DNA of 32,000 nucleotides from Candidatus Methanoperedens sp. (GTDB lineage Archaea; Halobacteriota; Methanosarcinia; Methanosarcinales; Methanoperedenaceae): NCBI GenBank assembly GCA_027460535.1, contig JAPZAR010000005.1, positions 20,969 to 52,968 of the forward strand, read 5' to 3'. Shown piece by piece: positions 25,463 to 32,000 of this stretch (position 1 is its first letter; each line of letters starts with the position of its first letter). The notes under the pieces were generated by a model. It saw only the letters and a program-made list of their open reading frames with translations, ran no database searches and was not told where the DNA came from. The position numbers and the translations under genes were made by a program.

Positions 25463-25762
25463 TTATCTTCCTGGATAATTCTCAATCGAGGAGGTCGAGG
25501 TTATATTCGATACCATAAAAAGCCATATTACAATTATCATCAAGAACATCAAAATACCGCCTGTAATAGCCGCTATGGCAATAGTACGCATGCCAACATC
25601 TATGGCATGCCTGTAAGCATATACACCGGTTACTAACAGCGAAACACATAGTGCTGGTGCAACAAAAGGAACTAGGAGACCCAAAGTCAAACTGAAAAAA
25701 ATAATTAATAAACCGAGAACGAGTTCTCTGCTATTGACCCTAATTTCTTTATATTCTACCAT
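25463..25762 (-). CDS. Hypothetical 3-TM membrane protein, copy B of the duplicated 99-aa gene
   Basis: Paralog of 20254-20553. The 5' 71 nt are virtually identical, while the rest is clearly diverged (roughly 70-75% nucleotide identity by eye). Confidence 0.6.
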   Translation of the reverse strand: MVEYKEIRVNSRELVLGLLIIFFSLTLGLLVPFVAPALCVSLLVTGVYAYRHAIDVGMRTIAIAAITGGILMFLMIIVIWLFMVSNITSTSSIENYPGR

Positions 25763-25863
25763 ATTCTTGATAATCCTCTGACCAATGAACCTTTGTTCTA
25801 TTTATTTCCAGAGTTCGATCAAAATCTTCCGTCTCCGTATACCTATCATATCTATCCATGGGT
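25692..25863. repeat. Direct repeat copy B (172 bp)
   Basis: See copy A. The orientation is the same and the offset is 5209 bp. Confidence 0.95.
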
Positions 25864-26046
25864 ATACTTCGCCACGCCTTATTTCGCGATGCTTCTGTTG
25901 GTTTTGAGCTATATAATTATTTCCAGATATTGCTCCGAGATTTTAACTCCGACCATTTCAGTACCATGTATGATTTCTTTCCCTGATAAAAATTAAATTC
26001 AATCTTATTTATAACTTTATCAAGACGCCAAGAAAGTTATACTATT

Positions 26047-27228
26047 TTACTTTCTTTTAATTAATAGCACTGCCAGTATTGCTGAAATTGCGAAAATTAC
26101 TTCGAACGCAGGGGTTTTTGGCGGTGCGGTCGTTGGTGCTGGTGTTGGTTTCGCTGTTGTGGTCACTGGTATATTTGGAACCGTGGTCGGATTCGGTGTT
26201 GTTGGTGCAGGTGTACCGATCCCAAGTCCGATTGTATCTACTACGAACCCTTTGTCAGAACCGCTTTTACCGTAGTGGCACCTGAAGCAAAAACCGCTGC
26301 TGACCGTGATTTCAGAGAATTTGGATGGCTTCGTATCCAGATTGCCATGGCAGGTATTGCACTTGCTATCATTCCCACCGTAATCAACGCCGTGGCTGTC
26401 TTCGCCAAACATCCACTTCGAGAACGATGGATTGATCGAGGTCGAAGTGTTCGGATGAGTGGTTGGCGTATAGTCAATTATCGTCTGTTCTCGCCCTGAA
26501 TACGGTGGGCCGAGCGTGATAACTTGGAATCTCTGCGGATTTGTCTTCAGGGACAATATGATATAGACATCTCCCTGAGATCTCCCCAGTACCCCCTTGT
26601 TGGTGGGGTCATAGTAACTGACCGTTGGATGATCATAACCCTGCCCTGCGGTAAAAGTTTCGATTCGATAGGTCGGATCTGAAAGGTTGCCAATAACAGA
26701 TACCCGCAGCTTCTGTCCCACGAACTGGTGGATATCCTTTGTCGGGTCATCAATTCGTGTTGGAATGAGATCGCCCCAGAGATTATTTGTCATAATGTAG
26801 CGATTGCCTGCATACCCATAACTTCTTAGACTAAACCGTGCTGTGCCGGAAGTAATAGTTGCAGCATTAAAAGGTCTATTGAGAGACTTAACGACTTCGT
26901 AGGAGCATTCACGTATGCTAAAATTACATCCCCAGCTCACTGATTCGTTATTAGATACATTAAGCCTCTTCTCTGTCTGCTCCATGTCTTGTAGTTCGCT
27001 GTCTCTGGAGACGTTCGAGATTTTCCCACTTCTTATTATGACAACCGCCTCAGGATCAATAAATTCGCCATCATATATGGACAGTACAGCCTGAATGATG
27101 GACGTTGCCCTGATATCCCCTTTGCCATCAAGGCTGGGCTCCAGATTGATCGTTAATGTTCCAGCAGCAACAAGCCCTGTACCTAATATGAACAATATCA
27201 CAAATACTGCAATGATGTGGATTTTCAT
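26047..27228 (-). CDS. Secreted dihaem c-type cytochrome-like protein with a Thr/Pro linker and a PGF-CTERM-like anchor
   Basis: Signal peptide MKIHIIAVFVILFILGTGLVAAG. Two CxxCH motifs, CNTCH (26347-26361) and CFRCH (26275-26289), lie 19 residues apart. A TP-rich linker is followed by ...KTPAFEVIFAISAILAVLLIKRK. Confidence 0.7.
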   Translation of the reverse strand: MKIHIIAVFVILFILGTGLVAAGTLTINLEPSLDGKGDIRATSIIQAVLSIYDGEFIDPEAVVIIRSGKISNVSRDSELQDMEQTEKRLNVSNNESVSWGCNFSIRECSYEVVKSLNRPFNAATITSGTARFSLRSYGYAGNRYIMTNNLWGDLIPTRIDDPTKDIHQFVGQKLRVSVIGNLSDPTYRIETFTAGQGYDHPTVSYYDPTNKGVLGRSQGDVYIILSLKTNPQRFQVITLGPPYSGREQTIIDYTPTTHPNTSTSINPSFSKWMFGEDSHGVDYGGNDSKCNTCHGNLDTKPSKFSEITVSSGFCFRCHYGKSGSDKGFVVDTIGLGIGTPAPTTPNPTTVPNIPVTTTAKPTPAPTTAPPKTPAFEVIFAISAILAVLLIKRK

Positions 27229-27387
27229 TTTTTAATTACTTCCTGTAAGCTGTCATTTGATATACTAACCTGCTTCTACTAATCCGAATCCAGGACTTAT
27301 CTATTCCAATATCACCCAAATCAACAGGATTTATTCACCTGTACAATCAGCAATTTTCTTGCATTAATGCACCATCCGATATTTAAT

Positions 27388-28554
27388 TTATTTTCCTAAA
27401 ACAAATTGGTAATCCTCGTAATTAACTATATCTTCAGTAGACCTTCCCTCAAAATATATTTGATATAAACCTTGCTTTGCAGCCTGGCTCACATTCACTA
27501 TGAGGCTAGAACGTAATTCGCATCCTTCTGTACATTCTTTTTGGAAAACCACTACATCTGGTACTATAAATAAATCCACTTCTTTTGGATTTTTTTCTGT
27601 AGAACCGTCGGGATATCTTGCATATACACTGTAATTCAAATATACTTTTGTTCCCTTGCTGACAGAACCACTGATTGTCAGATTTATCAGAGTGGATTTT
27701 CCTCTCCCGATAGAAGGGATATTCGGATTCTTAGCCAAATCGTAATCAGAAGTGAATATCCATACTTTCGGTATCTGACTATTCATTAGAAACAAAGATT
27801 GTAGTACTTTTTTATCTTCAAAATCGATTACATACTGGACATTGACATCTTCCATGCCTATCGAAACAACGGGAAAAAATCCGGAGAAATTTCCTATATC
27901 ATAAAAATTTAATCTCACTCCAATGATTCCATAACTTTTGCCTTTTAAAAGAGTGTCATTAACCGCAATTGCCACCGCTTCTGCCTTTTCTTCTTCACTC
28001 AGTGGCGGGGCCTGTTCTCTGGTATAACCTATATTCCATACATCTTTCTCTGGAAGTGGCAGTTTTCCACCTTTGCCGATCTTAAAAGACAATACTGAGC
28101 TTTCAAAAGCCAAACCTTTATCTCTCCCGCTGATCATTATATAATAATCCCCATCAGCAGCCGTTTTATCAACAGTGACTGTCAAATTAGAATATAATTT
28201 CTCTGGCGCTTCTCCGGCATTTGCCGTGCGCTTGAAAATCAACGGCTTTTGATCAGGGATTAAATGCATGCCGTCCGGAGCTAGCTCCAGAGAGCCATTG
28301 GTATGCACCATCTCGGTTTTATAATTCAGAGAAATCTCGTTTCCTTTTTTGACATTTATGCCACTTATAGCAAAATTGACGATTGTTGAATTCCCCCTGT
28401 AGGCAGGTGGATTGTATGAATCAACAGTGGTAAGAACATCTGGAATAACTTTTTGAATTTTCTCTTTTTGTTCGAGGCATCCGGTTATCAGTACTATAGA
28501 AATAAAGGCCAGTAAAATCTTTAATGAATTTTTCATGAATTTCTTTGAAATCAT
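27388..28554 (-). CDS. Hypothetical lipoprotein with two homologous beta-sandwich-like domains
   Basis: Lipobox LITGC. There is an internal duplication: RGNSTIVNFAISGINVKKGNEISLNY...DGDYYIMISGR...SFKIGK versus RGKSTLINLTISGSVSKGTKVYLNY...QGLYQIYFEGR...QFVLGK. Confidence 0.6.
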   Translation of the reverse strand: MISKKFMKNSLKILLAFISIVLITGCLEQKEKIQKVIPDVLTTVDSYNPPAYRGNSTIVNFAISGINVKKGNEISLNYKTEMVHTNGSLELAPDGMHLIPDQKPLIFKRTANAGEAPEKLYSNLTVTVDKTAADGDYYIMISGRDKGLAFESSVLSFKIGKGGKLPLPEKDVWNIGYTREQAPPLSEEEKAEAVAIAVNDTLLKGKSYGIIGVRLNFYDIGNFSGFFPVVSIGMEDVNVQYVIDFEDKKVLQSLFLMNSQIPKVWIFTSDYDLAKNPNIPSIGRGKSTLINLTISGSVSKGTKVYLNYSVYARYPDGSTEKNPKEVDLFIVPDVVVFQKECTEGCELRSSLIVNVSQAAKQGLYQIYFEGRSTEDIVNYEDYQFVLGK

Positions 28555-28594
28555 ATCACACTTTTATAATATAAAAAATAAATATTGATGTCCA

Positions 28595-29890
28595 TCAATT
28601 GGAACTGTATTCCCATTTCAATGTTCTGAGAGTTATATTATCCGAAGGTTTTGAGAACCTGACTATAAAATAAGGTTGTACCGAAGAACGACTCGCAGGA
28701 TACTTCTTTTGCAGTTTAACAAAAACAGTTCTTCCTGTTTTAGTAATGTCTATAAGTCCTGCATCAAATGCAGGCGATTCTCCAAAGAAAACAGCTACAG
28801 CGGTTTCGTTGGTGAAGTTTACATCAGGCACCTCTGGCTTATGGGTCTTGAGATAACTGCTGTGCTTCATCCAGACATTAGTCCACTCTGTCCGGTTGTT
28901 GATTATTATGAATATCGAATTTGTATACCCACTCGATTCGCCGATTGCAACTGTTCTGAAAGCCACCTGTGTTTCTTTCTCGAGGATTATCTCTATTCTT
29001 TTTAATTTTTCGGTCCCGGTAAAGGCATTCTGCAGGGTCATTACTATGCTCTCCTCTCCATCCCAGCGCTTCGGGTAGCCGCGAATAATATAATCAAGCT
29101 CTTTTCCTTCGCATTCGATGCAACCCCTTTTCAAGTCTCCTAGATAATAATCTTCTTCGATCTCCTCTATATCAGAATAATTTCTTAAAGCAGGATGTTC
29201 GAATGAAATTATGTCGATCAGTGAAGGGGATGACCTATACCCGCTCTCTGCAACCCTTGCCAGAAGTTTACCCTCAATATCAATGAAGTCAAAAATGGGC
29301 TCTTTCGGCAATAGCTCTTTTTTGATCATTATAATATGATATGGAGCACTTTCAACAGCAGCTCCCGGACCAAGCTTGAATGCAATGATCACATTAAAAA
29401 TATTATCCGCTGCAGTGATATTTCTTATCTCAATTTCAGGACCCTCGGCACGACCTATTCGCCCCATCATCGCGGCTATGACAGAATAGTTGTCAAAATC
29501 GGATGGTTTCATTTGCCTTGGTTTCGTAAATATGCCGGGATAAATTGACCCCTCTAATCTTAAAGGCCCCTCTCCTCCCTGCCAGGCTAGGTAACCCTGA
29601 TTATCAAGGAAAGATACCCATTCGCTATAATTAGTAATCACTCTAAAATAAGGTTCATTATAAGATGAATTTGACCAGTAACCCCTTGACCAGGTCTCGA
29701 AAGTAATGTTGATTTTTAAAAGTTCTGTCTCATTATATGCAGGCAATTTTTGTTCAGTCGGAGCTAATGTAGGTTTAGGTGCAATTATTTTTGTCTCATT
29801 AGGGGCAGGTAACTTTTTAGATTCTATACATCCAAGGGATGCTACCAGTACTACAAAAAACAATATTAGGATTAAAAATTTGATTCTCAT
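28595..29890 (-). CDS. Lipoprotein with two PrcB_C-like (protease-complex subunit) domains
   Basis: ATG at 29890 gives MRIKFLILILFFVVLVASLGC, with a lipobox. Two segments follow the PrcB C-terminal pattern: NYSEWVSFL...DFDNYSVIAAMMGR...APYHIIMIKK and NRTEWTNVW...DVNFTNETAVAVFFGE...QPYFIVRFSK. The gene starts 25 nt after the subtilase stop. Confidence 0.5.
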   Translation of the reverse strand: MRIKFLILILFFVVLVASLGCIESKKLPAPNETKIIAPKPTLAPTEQKLPAYNETELLKINITFETWSRGYWSNSSYNEPYFRVITNYSEWVSFLDNQGYLAWQGGEGPLRLEGSIYPGIFTKPRQMKPSDFDNYSVIAAMMGRIGRAEGPEIEIRNITAADNIFNVIIAFKLGPGAAVESAPYHIIMIKKELLPKEPIFDFIDIEGKLLARVAESGYRSSPSLIDIISFEHPALRNYSDIEEIEEDYYLGDLKRGCIECEGKELDYIIRGYPKRWDGEESIVMTLQNAFTGTEKLKRIEIILEKETQVAFRTVAIGESSGYTNSIFIIINNRTEWTNVWMKHSSYLKTHKPEVPDVNFTNETAVAVFFGESPAFDAGLIDITKTGRTVFVKLQKKYPASRSSVQPYFIVRFSKPSDNITLRTLKWEYSSN

Positions 29891-29915
29891 GTTGATCCCA
29901 ATAAAAAAATAAGGG

Positions 29916-31796
29916 TTACGCATATGTGTAAGCAAACCCTAGGTATTCATATGATGCAGATCCATATTTTTTGATCCTTGCTTTGAAGGTTCCAGTTGTT
30001 CGCGCAGTAAACTCAACTATCTCATAGCTATTGTCATAGCTGGATGAGAAAGCTACTGTGTTTCCATTGGGATCAAGGATGTATAGGTCTAAATCCGACA
30101 CTAATGTATCGCTTGTTGGCGGATGATTGGAGTCGGGATGAGAGTCCCAGGCTATAGCTACCCTGACCTTTTGTCCTGCCGATGCGGTGAACGTATAGTC
30201 CTTAGGGAAATTACTGGCTAACAACATTTCTCCTGATATACGGTTGTTATTTACGGTATAATATGCATTCGAAATGTCTATTCCGCCAGCGCCATCGTAT
30301 TCGCTCAACATGCTGCTTCCTTCTATGTTATGTACAGCAGATGCCATGATAGCAGCTTTCACAGTCTCTGGCCATAGTGTCAGCCAGCTTTTTGTCTGCA
30401 TGAGCAGTGCAGCTTCTGCAGCAACTGCTGGTGCTGCGTAGCTTGTTCCAGCTCCTACAACAACATATACCCAGGGATTGGCAATATGTGTACTTGTAAT
30501 GTACCTGCTTCCATGTGTAGCTACGGCTATTACCTCTGGTTTTTCTCTATCCATATGCGGTGAAGTTGGATCTTTATAGCTTGAACCTGCCCACATAGTA
30601 TCATCTAACCATTCAGAGGAATCTTTATCATCGAATCCTCCAACAGTAATGATGTTATAGGCTAATCCCGGTGAAACAACATTCCCACTAGTTTGTCCCT
30701 CGTTCCCGGAGACTACAGTTACTGTTTTTCTATTCTCCCATACAACGTGATCATAGTATCTATCAATCCCTCTCATAACTAGGCCTGTATCGTCTCCCCA
30801 GCTGTTGGTCAGTATGTTTGCGCCATTGGTAATTGCCCATTCTGAAGCTGCAATCATATCAGATTCCGACCAGCTTCCTGCATTTGCACTTAATATTGCA
30901 GGTACTCCATAAGAGATTCCTTTGTACGTAGGATGAGTACTTGCAATTATTCCCGCAACTTGGGTAGCATGTGAATCTGGACCTGCAGTTTTGTAGGAAG
31001 GCCCTGGTGTAAGATAGGGATTTTCGGTCGTAAAGCGCCCTTTTTCGACTACTGCAACTTTGATTCCACTTCCCATAATTCCCGCGCTCCACACTGGCTG
31101 TACTTTTACGGTTTGAGCCACCATATTTAGTGCGGGTTTAAATTGTTTTGCAAGGTATACTCCATCAACCTCTGGTATGTTCTCTATTTCTGCCATTAAT
31201 TTTGCAGGTACCTCCGCATAAATCAGGGGTGCGTACTGGGAAGCATATTTTATATTTATATTCTTTGATTTAAGAATATCAAGGACCGGTTTTTCTTTTT
31301 GTGCGTAATCCTTTCTCTTTGCATCAAGTATCTTGTGATTCTCTTCATCGCTGATTTCGCCCACTGATATTGGTGCTTCTATTGCAGGATTTAACCAGAT
31401 TCCCATTTCAACTGTATCGTCTGGATTCATTTTTTGCAGTTTTTCTTGCAGTTCTATCTCTTTTTTCCCATATTTTTCTTTATATATGGCAATCTCCATA
31501 TCCCTCACTGCCTTCATGTCTGCAATGTTGCCTGCTTCGTCAAGGTCGACAAGGTAAGCATCTGTGGTTTTCGTATCCAGAGCTTTCACACTCCAGATTT
31601 TCTTTTTGGACAAGGGAAAGTTCGCTTCTTTTTTATTCATCACCATAAGCCTCTCCTTCGGTACCGCATGCTTCTGCGCTATATACTCCAGAGCTTTTTC
31701 TGTTTTCGTCTTGCTTACATCCGGACTTGCCCCCATTGAAGGGATAATTACAGCCGTCGCCAGCAGCATCGCTGCAAGCAGAGCGCCTAATTGCAT
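29916..31796 (-). CDS. Secreted subtilisin-like serine protease (S8 family) with an N-terminal propeptide region and a C-terminal beta-jelly-roll domain
   Basis: Has a signal peptide, the His motif DSHATQVAGIIAS, the Asn motif ANILTNSWG and the Ser motif GTSYAAPAVAAEAALL. The Asp-box position reads VAVVEKG, with Glu251 (codon 31044-31046) in place of Asp. Confidence 0.85.
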   Translation of the reverse strand: MQLGALLAAMLLATAVIIPSMGASPDVSKTKTEKALEYIAQKHAVPKERLMVMNKKEANFPLSKKKIWSVKALDTKTTDAYLVDLDEAGNIADMKAVRDMEIAIYKEKYGKKEIELQEKLQKMNPDDTVEMGIWLNPAIEAPISVGEISDEENHKILDAKRKDYAQKEKPVLDILKSKNINIKYASQYAPLIYAEVPAKLMAEIENIPEVDGVYLAKQFKPALNMVAQTVKVQPVWSAGIMGSGIKVAVVEKGRFTTENPYLTPGPSYKTAGPDSHATQVAGIIASTHPTYKGISYGVPAILSANAGSWSESDMIAASEWAITNGANILTNSWGDDTGLVMRGIDRYYDHVVWENRKTVTVVSGNEGQTSGNVVSPGLAYNIITVGGFDDKDSSEWLDDTMWAGSSYKDPTSPHMDREKPEVIAVATHGSRYITSTHIANPWVYVVVGAGTSYAAPAVAAEAALLMQTKSWLTLWPETVKAAIMASAVHNIEGSSMLSEYDGAGGIDISNAYYTVNNNRISGEMLLASNFPKDYTFTASAGQKVRVAIAWDSHPDSNHPPTSDTLVSDLDLYILDPNGNTVAFSSSYDNSYEIVEFTARTTGTFKARIKKYGSASYEYLGFAYTYA

Positions 31797-31822
31797 TCCT
31801 TTACGTCTCTTAATATTTTATT

Positions 31823-31999
31823 TCAATAGAAGATAGGATCCAATTCTATGGCACGTACCCTATTATCTTTACTTAACTCTTTGATTTTTTGCTTTGTTAT
31901 ATTTGAAGTAGAGGCTATACTTATCTCTTCATCGACCAGTTTTCCATTTTCTATGTGAATGGAAACATCCCCCATAATCCAACTTTCATTACTGTATTT
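31823..31999 (-). CDS. 3' end of a hypothetical protein (partial, runs off the window)
   Basis: The minus-strand frame is open from the window edge to TGA (31823-31825): ...GDVSIHIENGKLVDEEISIASTSNITKQKIKELSKDNRVRAIELDPIFY*. No family was recognised. Confidence 0.3.
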   Translation of the reverse strand, partial: KYSNESWIMGDVSIHIENGKLVDEEISIASTSNITKQKIKELSKDNRVRAIELDPIFY

Positions 32000-32000
32000 T

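Noticed and set aside
19740..25900. The accessory block as a classical mobile element (IS, transposon or integrated virus)
   Set aside because: No transposase, integrase, recombinase, terminal inverted repeats, or capsid or terminase genes were found. The only structural signature is the 172-bp direct repeat, so mobility is proposed only through homologous recombination.
25793..25996. 67-aa plus-strand ORF, and the first 26 codons of ORF 20576-20824
   Set aside because: Both begin inside the duplicated upstream region of the minus-strand 99-aa genes, so they share an identical N-terminus only because the repeat is identical. The sequence is more plausibly promoter or 5' UTR of the minus-strand genes.

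Overview
Archaeal chromosomal window, methanogen or methanotroph type and probably Methanosarcinales-like. Markers are the methanopterin gene mptG, aRF1, the archaeal HMG-CoA synthase/thiolase/DUF35 trio, a FlaI/FlaJ-type pilus pair, lipobox and PGF-CTERM-like surface proteins, and CxxCH haem motifs. Positions 1-19.7 kb are mostly core genes: a type IV pilus-like locus, the mevalonate trio, an M50 protease, a ThiF-TusA-TusDCB-like sulfur-relay operon, hisG, mptG and prf1. This part is interrupted by a strongly AT-rich type II restriction-modification island (about 8.8-11.0 kb) and by an unusual GC-rich multi-hairpin non-coding element (about 12.10-12.30 kb). Positions 19.7-31.8 kb are accessory. 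The best candidate for a new system lies at 21.3-24.7 kb: seven small membrane-protein paralogs plus one relic, all sharing an invariant DER motif. They are linked by 4-nt (in one case 1-nt) stop/start overlaps and end in a 64-aa XRE-type HTH regulator. This block is bracketed by a 172-bp near-identical direct repeat 5,209 bp apart, which carries the promoter and 5' end of a duplicated 99-aa membrane-protein gene and truncates a radical-SAM gene. Downstream on the minus strand is a secreted-protein cluster. It holds a surface-anchored dihaem protein, two lipoproteins (one with two PrcB-like domains) and an S8 subtilase whose catalytic-Asp position reads Glu. No rRNA, tRNA, CRISPR array, transposase or integrase was recognised. 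All family assignments come from motif reading by eye, not database searches.
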